Origin: a virus
Taxonomy: Duplodnaviria > Caudoviricetes
DNA: 29,770 nucleotides
IMG/VR virus record: IMGVR_UViG_3300042348_000043
Location: 1-29,770 of that record
Direction: 5' to 3' (one strand)
Part shown: piece after piece, positions 22,070 through 29,770 of the stretch
Layout: every line of letters starts with the position of its first letter
Numbering within the stretch: position 1 is the first letter of the stretch
Position numbers and translations under genes: made by a program
Notes under the pieces: generated by a model
Seen by the model: only the letters and a program-made list of their open reading frames with translations
Told to the model about the DNA's origin: nothing
The model's database searches: none

Positions 22070-22300
22070 GTGTCTAATTATACCAAAACTACTAACTTTG
22101 CTATTAAAGACGGTCTTGTGTCGGGCAATCCTTCCAAGATCATCAAGGGCACGGAAATCGACACAGAGTACAATAACATTGCCTCTGCCGTTTCCTCTAA
22201 GCCTGACGCTAACAATGGAACGCATACGGGAACCACAACGATGGCTAATCTAACATTGTCTGGTACATTCTCTGGTACCGTTGATGGAGGTACCTACTAA
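22070..22300 (+). CDS. Short tail-fibre anchor-like protein (76 aa)
   Basis: GAGG SD, GTG start; SNYTKTTNF...KIIKGTEIDTEYNNIA resembles fibre N-terminal anchor segments; ends in DGGTY. Confidence 0.7.
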   Translation: MSNYTKTTNFAIKDGLVSGNPSKIIKGTEIDTEYNNIASAVSSKPDANNGTHTGTTTMANLTLSGTFSGTVDGGTY

Positions 22301-23223
22301 TGGCTATTGATTATACTGGCCTTTTAAGTGGTATTATCAATACCGCAGGCAACATCTATGCTTCAAATCAGGCTGCTAGTGGGGCACAACAGGCTGCTCA
22401 ACAAGCAGCGCAGCAGGCACAGTTTCGCCCCGTAGGCGTTACCACCCGCTTTGGTCGTAGCGGCTTCCAGTTCGGCCCCGATGGTCGTCTGATCGGTGCT
22501 GGCTACCAAGTTGCCCCTGATGTGGCTGCTATGCGTGAGTCTTTGCTGGGTATCTCCGGCGGAGCACTGCAACAGGCACAGCAACAGCAAGCCATGCAAG
22601 GCCAAATCAACCAAGCTGCTCAAGGCTTGTTTAATCTAGGTCAGCAGTACGTTGCACAGACTCCGCAGGCTGCTGCACAGCAGTATCTTGCACAGCAGCA
22701 AGAACTGTTGGCTCCGATGGATGAGCGTGCTCTGGCACAGTTGCAGACGCAGCAATTCCGCCGTGGTACTGGTGGTCTTGCGATGGGTGCCACTGGCGCT
22801 ACTCCGATGGGTGCTCCTGGTCTTCGGGCTGCGAACCCGGCTATGGAGGCCTTCTACAATGCACAACAACAGCGTAACGCTCAGTTGGCTGCTCAAGCGC
22901 AACAGGCAGGACAGCAACAGGTCACCTTCGGTCAAGGCTTGCTTGGCGGCGCATTGAATCTCCGGCAGGGCGGCTACGGTGCTCAACAAGCTGCACTGGC
23001 TCCGTTCAGCACTGGATTTACACAGGCAACCGGGGTTGAACAAGCAGGTATGCAGCCGTTGAATCTTGGTGTAGGACTAGGCGCAGGCAACACCGCTGCT
23101 GCACAGATGTTACAGCAAGGAATGAATACTGCTAATCAACTGACAGCAAACCGTAATACGGCTGTTGTCGGTGCTTTGTCTGATCCGGTTGCTCAGTTAA
23201 TCGGTAAACTGTTTGGAGGCTAA
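22300..23223 (+). CDS. Putative internal virion / DNA ejection protein (Gln/Ala/Gly-rich)
   Basis: Position after the tail genes, low-complexity helical composition, amphipathic termini. Confidence 0.65.
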   Translation: MAIDYTGLLSGIINTAGNIYASNQAASGAQQAAQQAAQQAQFRPVGVTTRFGRSGFQFGPDGRLIGAGYQVAPDVAAMRESLLGISGGALQQAQQQQAMQGQINQAAQGLFNLGQQYVAQTPQAAAQQYLAQQQELLAPMDERALAQLQTQQFRRGTGGLAMGATGATPMGAPGLRAANPAMEAFYNAQQQRNAQLAAQAQQAGQQQVTFGQGLLGGALNLRQGGYGAQQAALAPFSTGFTQATGVEQAGMQPLNLGVGLGAGNTAAAQMLQQGMNTANQLTANRNTAVVGALSDPVAQLIGKLFGG

Positions 23224-23225
23224 TA

Positions 23226-24416
23226 ATGGCTGATGGAATGATGGGTAATCCTTACCTTGGTCTTCTCAATGCTGGGCTTAGTCCTGAACAGGCTCAGGCT
23301 GAAGTTGATCGTAAACGCGCCATGCAGTTTGCTAACATGAATCCGCAGTCCCGGATTGCTGCTGGCATCTACGGTGGGCTTACTCAAGCCTCCCGTGCTC
23401 TTGGTGCCCGTGATCCGATGCTTGAGCAGGCTTCGCAATTGCGTCAGTTGGCACAGCAGTTTGACACCACGACTGCTGAAGGCATGATGCAGTATGCTAA
23501 TGCTCTGCGACAGGTCAATCCCCAGGCTGCACAGCAGGCTGCGATGCAGGCACAGCAGATGATGCTGTCTGGTGTTAAAATTGAGTCGGAAAGGGCACTT
23601 ACTGAACAGCGTCGTCGTGAGAAAGCATCCAAAGACCCAATTCAAGAGTTTGTCAGGGCTAATGCAAAGAACTATACTCCTGAAAGTATCCAAGAGTTTA
23701 CGACAACTGGTGATTTCTCTGTTCTCAAGCGATTCACTGAAGAAGAAAAGAATGTAAAAACACCGGCAGAATTTGCTGCTGTTGCAAATGAACTTGGCTT
23801 TGGTGCTAAGACCACACTGGATAAATATACGCCAGAACAGACGCAGGCTGTTAACAGGACTTTGCTTGACCGTGGCGTGAAAAAGGCCGCTGCCGGGGCT
23901 ACACAGATTCCCGGAGTAAAGGATGTCCAAGATGTTCCTGGTCTTCGGGCTAAGGTTCTTGGTACGATTACTGATGCTCGTCGTGGCTATGAGTCTGCCT
24001 CTCGTGCGGTTACGCTTGCAGACGATGCTCTGAAAACGAATAACTTTGCGTCTGCTGCCGGTCTTGCATCTGCACTTGCTAAGGCATCTGGTGACACGCA
24101 ACTTAGCAATAAGGACGTTGAAAAGTACCGGACTGATCCGGCTTTCGTCGGCACTGTCTCTGACGTTGTTGCCCGTCTGGTTCAAGGTACTCCAACAGCA
24201 GACACCTTAAAGAAACTTCGGTCTTATGCACAAGTGCTGAAGAAGAAGCAAGGAGAAAGCATTCAGCGTGAACTGGATACGCAACGCGAACTTGCTCGTC
24301 GTGCCGGGTTTAAGAACGAAGACATTGATGTTGCATTCGGCGGTATCTTAGAGGGTAGTCAAAAAGCTCCACGACGAACTGCCAGCGGCGTTACTTACAC
24401 TGTAGAAGAGGATTGA
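23226..24416 (+). CDS. Putative internal virion / DNA ejection protein
   Basis: Second of three helical genes of increasing size; GGAGG SD. Confidence 0.65.
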   Translation: MADGMMGNPYLGLLNAGLSPEQAQAEVDRKRAMQFANMNPQSRIAAGIYGGLTQASRALGARDPMLEQASQLRQLAQQFDTTTAEGMMQYANALRQVNPQAAQQAAMQAQQMMLSGVKIESERALTEQRRREKASKDPIQEFVRANAKNYTPESIQEFTTTGDFSVLKRFTEEEKNVKTPAEFAAVANELGFGAKTTLDKYTPEQTQAVNRTLLDRGVKKAAAGATQIPGVKDVQDVPGLRAKVLGTITDARRGYESASRAVTLADDALKTNNFASAAGLASALAKASGDTQLSNKDVEKYRTDPAFVGTVSDVVARLVQGTPTADTLKKLRSYAQVLKKKQGESIQRELDTQRELARRAGFKNEDIDVAFGGILEGSQKAPRRTASGVTYTVEED

Positions 24417-24417
24417 T

Positions 24418-26967
24418 ATGCCTACTTATACCATTAACGGAAAAAGGATCAAAACTGACCGTGAACTTTCTGAGGCAGAAATTGATGAGATTGCAAGAGA
24501 TTTAGCACCCGTTAGTGGACAAGCAGCAATTCCTACGGAGGGACAGCCAACGGCTCCTGCGGCTGTTCCAACTTTATCCGCCTCTGAGCGAATGTTTCAG
24601 AATGCTTTGGCAGGCGCTGCGGCAGTTCCTCCGATGGCTGCTGCCGCCCGTGCTCTTCAAGCATTGACCGCCGGTGGACGGGCTGCTCCGTATGCTTCTA
24701 ACCTAGCCAAAGCCTTGGTTCCGACATCTGGCCGACAACTTGCTGCTGAGGGCGCTATTGGTGCTGCTGGTGGCATTGTTGGTGGTGAACTTGGTCAGCA
24801 AGTAGCTCAGAAAGTTGGTGAACAATACCGTCCTCTGGGTGAATTTGCAGGAGGTGCGGTAGGCGGCCTCGGTGCCAATACACTTATTCGTAATGTTCCA
24901 GAGACTGCTGCTGCTTTGCTTGGCGGCAGGGCTACGGCACCTCAACAGGCAGCAGAACAGCTTGGACGCATCCGTGGCGCTGCTCAGATTCAACAAGCGT
25001 ATACGTCCAATCCTCAGTTAGCTCCTTCGCTACAAGAGGCTTTCGATATTGAACGTCAGTTGGGTGTAAGTCTTCCAGTACTGGCTGCTGCCAAGGGCGA
25101 TGTTACATTAGAAAACTTTGCTCGTTCTATCACCTCCCGTGGCGAGAATGCTCCGTTTACGGCTCTGTTGCGACAACAGGAAGAAGAGGCTAGGAAACAA
25201 CTTGCTGCTGCCCGTGGTCGGATGGCTATTAGTGGAGAAAAAACAACAGAACTTGCAGAATTACAGGCTTCTCGTGTGCAGGCTGAAAACGCCCGTCGTG
25301 AGCGTGTAGCGGCTGAAAAACAACAGTCTCTTCAGACTCGAATTGAAGACCTTGATGATCGGATTGTTGACCTGTCTGCTGACGCTGTGCGCTTGGACGA
25401 TGGTAAGGGCGCTATTGGACAGCGGATCACAAACCTTCTGAATGCTAAAGAACAAAGCATTAAGAAGGAAATGAGTCCCAAGTATGATGATCTGCTGAAG
25501 GGTGCTAAAGAGTCTGGCATTGAGATGCCTTCTACCTCTGTGGCGGTTCTTCACCGATTCGTCAAGGATTCTCGTGCAGATGATGTCTTTAACAAGTTCC
25601 CTGAACTCTATTCTAAGATCAACACTCTGTTAGCCCCGTCTAAGGCTCCTGTGTCCGGTAAGTTTGCTGAGAAGTATCCAAACCTTGTCAGGTCTGTGGA
25701 AGGCACCTACAAGCCAATCGGCGTGGAGGATGTAGACTCTCTCAAGCGTGCTTTGAACAAGGCACTGTCTCAGACCAAAGATGCTGACCAAGCCCGTCTG
25801 CTGACCGCACTCAAGCGTCAGGTTGATGGTGCTATCGGCACGATGGACGAAGGCTTTGCCAACAGCTATAAGCAGCTTGACCGTGAGTATGCAGAACGTT
25901 TAGGCATCCCCTTCTCTGAAGAGGGTGTACTGTCTGTTGACCGTGCAAGGTTCGTGGAGTCCGTGGTTCCTGTGCTGTCCAATAAGCCATCGGCTGTGAG
26001 GCAGATTCTGGCAGCTACTGACAACTCTCCTGAGACTCAGCAGGTTGTCCGTGATGCGATGATTCTGAAACTGGGCAATACTGCCGGTATCGTCAAACCA
26101 GACGGTATTGATGTCCGTGGACTGACTCGCTTCATTAACCAGAACAAGGAAATCATTGACCAAGTTCCTGGTCTGCGCGGAGAGTTAGAAACCATTGGTC
26201 GCAATGTTGGAGAACTGAAGAACACCCGTGCAAGGCTGTTGGAAGAACAACGCAACATTGCTGTTGAAAAGCTCGACAATGTTTGGAGTCGTTCTCAGAC
26301 TGCCGCAGGCGGGTTCCAAGGTTATGTTCAGCGTGCTTTGAACAACCCGGAAGCCCTGCGTGATCTGATCGCCACTGCCGGTACTGACAAGTCTCTTCAG
26401 CGTGGTCTGAAGTCTGCGTTGCTTGACATTGGCTTGAATTCTTCTAACAAGGTTCAATTCTTTGACGACAATGCAAAGACGCTGAATGCTGTGTTTGGAG
26501 AAGCCTATTCCAAGGATGTCAAGATGCTGTTTGATGCTGCTCAGAGGCTGCAACAGTTCCCTCTGAAGGGTGGTATCAACATCGGACTGACTCAGAAGAC
26601 CGGCTTCGAGGCCATGACTGGCTCTCGTCCGGAACAGATTGCAGGAGAACTCAGAAACCAAATTCTCAGTGCTCCTCGTGTGTTCTTGAATGTCTTTTCC
26701 CGGTTCACTCAGAACAGGGCAAGCAAGGCAGAGCAAGAGGAGATCATGTCTTTCTTACAGGATCGTAAGTCTCTGACGGATGCCGTGAAGCTGATCGAAG
26801 AAATGCAGGCCAACTCTATGCGAGTAACTGACAAGGCAAGGAACTTGATCCTTCGTCTTAGCAAGAATACGGCTTCTGCTGGACTATTCGGCGGTCTTGC
26901 TTCTGTTGTTCCTGGGGAACTGGGACTGACCGAGCGTGCCCCTGTGATGCAATTCCCGGAGGAATAA
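24418..26967 (+). CDS. Putative large internal virion / DNA ejection protein
   Basis: 849 aa, Gly/Ala hydrophobic N-terminal segments, long helical body; GAGGA SD. Confidence 0.65.
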   Translation: MPTYTINGKRIKTDRELSEAEIDEIARDLAPVSGQAAIPTEGQPTAPAAVPTLSASERMFQNALAGAAAVPPMAAAARALQALTAGGRAAPYASNLAKALVPTSGRQLAAEGAIGAAGGIVGGELGQQVAQKVGEQYRPLGEFAGGAVGGLGANTLIRNVPETAAALLGGRATAPQQAAEQLGRIRGAAQIQQAYTSNPQLAPSLQEAFDIERQLGVSLPVLAAAKGDVTLENFARSITSRGENAPFTALLRQQEEEARKQLAAARGRMAISGEKTTELAELQASRVQAENARRERVAAEKQQSLQTRIEDLDDRIVDLSADAVRLDDGKGAIGQRITNLLNAKEQSIKKEMSPKYDDLLKGAKESGIEMPSTSVAVLHRFVKDSRADDVFNKFPELYSKINTLLAPSKAPVSGKFAEKYPNLVRSVEGTYKPIGVEDVDSLKRALNKALSQTKDADQARLLTALKRQVDGAIGTMDEGFANSYKQLDREYAERLGIPFSEEGVLSVDRARFVESVVPVLSNKPSAVRQILAATDNSPETQQVVRDAMILKLGNTAGIVKPDGIDVRGLTRFINQNKEIIDQVPGLRGELETIGRNVGELKNTRARLLEEQRNIAVEKLDNVWSRSQTAAGGFQGYVQRALNNPEALRDLIATAGTDKSLQRGLKSALLDIGLNSSNKVQFFDDNAKTLNAVFGEAYSKDVKMLFDAAQRLQQFPLKGGINIGLTQKTGFEAMTGSRPEQIAGELRNQILSAPRVFLNVFSRFTQNRASKAEQEEIMSFLQDRKSLTDAVKLIEEMQANSMRVTDKARNLILRLSKNTASAGLFGGLASVVPGELGLTERAPVMQFPEE

Positions 26968-26968
26968 G

Positions 26969-27457
26969 ATGTTTGAAATGCTAGGAGGCGGTCTTCTAGG
27001 TAGTATCTTCGGTGGCCTGTTCCGGCTGGCCCCGGAGGTGCTGAAGTGGCTTGACCGCAAAGATGAACGAAGCCACGAACTGAAGATGTTCTCTCTTCAG
27101 ACTGACCTAGAGAAGATGCGGGGTGAGTACCGCATGGAAGAGAAGTATATTGACTTCAGCAAGGCCAATGTAGACGCTATCGGAGAAGCATTCAAGCAGC
27201 AAGCCGAAGCCGACAAGAAGGCTTACAAGTGGGTTGCTTCTATCTCTGCTCTGGTTCGTCCCGGTATCACTTGGTTGCTCTTCGGTCTGTATACGGCTGT
27301 CAAGATCGTCACCATCATGTATGCTGTCAATAGTGGTTTACCCGCTATCCAGGTCATGCAAGAAATCTGGACTGCTGATGACTTTAGTATGCTGATGATG
27401 ATTCTGACGTTCTGGTTCCTTGGTCGGAGCATTGAGAAACGTGAACCCCGCAATTGA
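26969..27457 (+). CDS. Putative 3-TM holin
   Basis: N-terminal hydrophobic helix, VRPGITW and FWFLGR motifs of the 3-TM (GTA-type) holin pattern; adjacent to the lysozyme. Confidence 0.7.
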   Translation: MFEMLGGGLLGSIFGGLFRLAPEVLKWLDRKDERSHELKMFSLQTDLEKMRGEYRMEEKYIDFSKANVDAIGEAFKQQAEADKKAYKWVASISALVRPGITWLLFGLYTAVKIVTIMYAVNSGLPAIQVMQEIWTADDFSMLMMILTFWFLGRSIEKREPRN

Positions 27458-27908
27458 ACTATGTAAGAATGTTCTAGTCAAGCCCTTTGAAGGATGCGCT
27501 AAGGTTCTGCCTGACGGTAGGGTCAAAGCGTATCCTGATCCGGGCACAGGCGGACACCCGTGGACTATCGGCTATGGCTCTACTGGCCCTGACATCAATC
27601 CAGACACAATCTGGACTATGGAACAGTGTGAGAAGGGCTTAGACGAGCACATGGAGTACTTCTATGTGGGTGTGATGAAGCTCTGCCCCGGTCTGAAGGA
27701 CGAGCCACCCAGGCGACAGGCTGCTGTGCTGTCATGGGCCTACAACTGTGGACTGGGTAACCTTCGTATCAGTACCTTCAGGAAGAGGATCAACGAGAAG
27801 AACTGGGAAGAGGCTGCGCTGGAGTGTCTCAAGTGGGACAAAGCAGCCGGTAGAGTGCTCAGAGGATTGACTAGAAGGAGACAGGCAGAAAGCCTGCTGT
27901 TGAAATAA
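27441..27908 (+). CDS. Endolysin, GH24 lysozyme
   Basis: FEG...AYPD...WTIGYG catalytic E/D/T, YNCG.G, GL.RRR.AE; GTG start at 27441 preferred over 27420. Confidence 0.93.
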   Translation: MNPAIELCKNVLVKPFEGCAKVLPDGRVKAYPDPGTGGHPWTIGYGSTGPDINPDTIWTMEQCEKGLDEHMEYFYVGVMKLCPGLKDEPPRRQAAVLSWAYNCGLGNLRISTFRKRINEKNWEEAALECLKWDKAAGRVLRGLTRRRQAESLLLK

Positions 27909-27910
27909 TT

Positions 27911-27959
27911 AAGCCCCTGTCAAGGAACCTTTATAGGAACCTTGCAGGGGCTTTTTTTT
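27911..27959. terminator. Terminator between the convergent arms, likely bidirectional
   Basis: AAGCCCCTG(T)CAAGG-aa-CCT-ttat-AGG-aa-CCTTGCAGGGGCTT with a T8 tract on the + strand and a weaker TTAATTATTT on the - strand. Confidence 0.88.
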
Positions 27960-28131
27960 ATTCCGTGAAGAAATCTCCGATCAGGATTTCAATGAACGGT
28001 ATCTTTATGATTAGGCCAACAAAGCAAACAACTTCTTCTTTGCCTTCCTCGTCTAACATACAGTACCGGTTGATCTCATTGTGCTCGATGTCGAAGCCGA
28101 TACCGAGCCTGAACTGTAGGATGAAGTTCAC
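27958..28131 (-). CDS. Hypothetical protein (57 aa, MNFILQFRLGIGFDIEHNE...GLIIKIPFIEILIGDFFTE)
   Basis: Below the track cutoff; GTG overlaps the RNR TGA; stop lies in the terminator T-tract. Confidence 0.7.
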   Translation of the reverse strand: MNFILQFRLGIGFDIEHNEINRYCMLDEEGKEEVVCFVGLIIKIPFIEILIGDFFTE

Positions 28132-29770
28132 GGTAGTTCGCAGGCTCCAGCCGTGCAGGCCAAAGTCTGTGCTCCTTCTACATTGTCAGTCCTTTCAATG
28201 AAAGCATCCCAGTCAATCCCCGCAGGCATTGCAGCCTTTAGGCGTTCGTACTCCGCACTGTCGATCTCCTCATACGGTGCCTGTCGATAGGTTCCTCCGT
28301 CCATCGGCAGGAAAGACACGCCAGTGATCTTGTCAAAGTTGTCCCACACCCAAGCACCAACCTTAGGCCACTCTTGCTCCTTGACAGAGATGGTCACAGA
28401 AGGCTTGTGCTCACAGTAGTGTTCCTGATACAGCAGCCACAGACGCAGGTGCTTGATAGCATCCAAGTCCTCACGCAGCACAGCACCGTCAGCCACAGCC
28501 ACAGGGAAGCTGAACACTGTCGTGCTGTCAGACTTATAGAAGTCAGGCTCTGACGGGAACCCTTGAGACTTCAGGAAGTCAGTGAGAGGGTCTTTGTTAT
28601 CAGAACGAACCCGACGAATATAATACTTAGCGTGTTGAGGATGAATACCACTAGCAGTGCCCGTGAGCTGGGAGACTGTACCCTCAGGTTTGATAGCTGT
28701 GATAGCAACACTCCGGTTGATACCGATAGCGTCAGCCATAACAGCATTAGTGTGAACAGCATGAGTTTTCAACTTCTCCAAAAGGTCAGGTAGACGAGGA
28801 TCGTCAGGGTTGTTCAGCAACGAGTTATCTAGGATACCCGTCATTGACACGCCTAGCAGTCGTTCCTCTTCGGTGTTGTTTTGCCAAATCTTGCGAAGAT
28901 ACGGGAAGTTCGTAAGTGTTGACTGCCAAGTTCCCAGGATAGTTGCAAGACGCACTTTACGCTCAAGAGAACCGTAATCATCGCTAGGCCGCACAATGAC
29001 AGAACTAAGATTACAGAACTGATAAGGGCGTAGAATAATTTCACTACAGGGATTCGTTCCCCATTCCTGATTTGGGTCGCGACGGCCATTACGAGCCGCC
29101 TGAGCTTGACTAGCATACCGATTGAAGATACCTCGTTCACCAGAGTGTGATTCATAAATAGCAGACCATTCGCGCATGAACTGACCAACAGAGGGCTTGG
29201 TCGTGTAGACTGCCGAGTTGTTAGCCAATGCACGCTGTGCGTTTCCTTCCCACCAGTTTCCTGCCTTAGCGTGAGCCATTCGGTCATCGCTCAGGTCAGA
29301 CAGACTAATCATCGCAGACCGGCGTACCCCTCCAACCACAACGACTTCCCCGATCTTGCACAGAATATCATGGCATTCCAGCGAGTTAAGTTTACGACCA
29401 GCGGCTGCCTTGAATTTAGCGACAGTGTAGCGGAACAACTCCACCAACGGTTCCGGGCCACTTGCTCGACCACCAAAGGTCTTAAGGCGTGCCCCAGCAG
29501 GACGTACGGCGGATACATCCCACTTAGGTACTTCTCCGGCATACAGGAGGGCAATAATCTGTCGCAGAGCCTTTGCCCAGCCTTCCTTAGAGTCCTTGAC
29601 GACCACCACAGTGTTAGAGTCAAACAAATGATCTGGAACTTCCGGCAGACGATTGACATACTTTTCCTCTACGCTAAAGCCTACCCCTGTACCACAGAGC
29701 AGGATATACATTGCCTCATCGAATGCCTTAGGATCATCAACGGGCAGGTACGAGCAGTTGTATCCGGCCA
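28128..29770 (-). CDS. nrdJ: Class II adenosylcobalamin-dependent ribonucleotide reductase (monomeric type), 5' end outside the window
   Basis: Frame stays open past 29711 (AGYNCSYLPVDD...). Motifs GTGVGF, GGVRRSA, TNPCSEI, FCNL, KPEGTVSQL, YIRRVR and C-terminal CTAGAC. Confidence 0.93.
   Translation of the reverse strand, partial: AGYNCSYLPVDDPKAFDEAMYILLCGTGVGFSVEEKYVNRLPEVPDHLFDSNTVVVVKDSKEGWAKALRQIIALLYAGEVPKWDVSAVRPAGARLKTFGGRASGPEPLVELFRYTVAKFKAAAGRKLNSLECHDILCKIGEVVVVGGVRRSAMISLSDLSDDRMAHAKAGNWWEGNAQRALANNSAVYTTKPSVGQFMREWSAIYESHSGERGIFNRYASQAQAARNGRRDPNQEWGTNPCSEIILRPYQFCNLSSVIVRPSDDYGSLERKVRLATILGTWQSTLTNFPYLRKIWQNNTEEERLLGVSMTGILDNSLLNNPDDPRLPDLLEKLKTHAVHTNAVMADAIGINRSVAITAIKPEGTVSQLTGTASGIHPQHAKYYIRRVRSDNKDPLTDFLKSQGFPSEPDFYKSDSTTVFSFPVAVADGAVLREDLDAIKHLRLWLLYQEHYCEHKPSVTISVKEQEWPKVGAWVWDNFDKITGVSFLPMDGGTYRQAPYEEIDSAEYERLKAAMPAGIDWDAFIERTDNVEGAQTLACTAGACELP

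Noticed and set aside
23220-24185. 321-aa minus-strand ORF
   Set aside because: Antisense to an ejection-protein gene; composition not protein-like.
1-29770. tRNA, integrase, phage RNA polymerase, introns or inteins, alternative genetic code
   Set aside because: None seen by eye. Core genes have normal lengths and are intact in the standard code. The part of the genome outside the window cannot be assessed.

Overview
A ~30 kb stretch of a lytic podovirus-type dsDNA phage with two oppositely oriented arms, resembling the cobavirus/Zobellviridae layout (family assignment is inference). Minus strand, left: about 14 small early genes, a T7-like primase-helicase and the 5' end of a family A DNA polymerase. 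Plus strand: TerS, TerL, portal, scaffold, capsid, a 1037-aa SGNH/low-complexity protein, tail fibre and chaperone, tail adaptor and nozzle, three likely ejection proteins, holin and endolysin. This arm ends at a terminator that faces a class II (B12-dependent) ribonucleotide reductase coming from the right. No RNA polymerase or integrase is visible. There are four perfect TTGACA-N17-TATAAT promoters. The divergent non-coding gap at 5356-6125 probably holds the genome ends. Two things stand out. First, the early side of that gap is packed with host transcription-factor-like sites: a perfect sigma54 box, plus an NtrC pair, IHF site and sigma54 -24 box in textbook geometry. Second, the 1037-aa protein carries about 13 periodic TonB-box-like motifs behind an SGNH esterase domain. 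All calls were made by eye; no searches were run.
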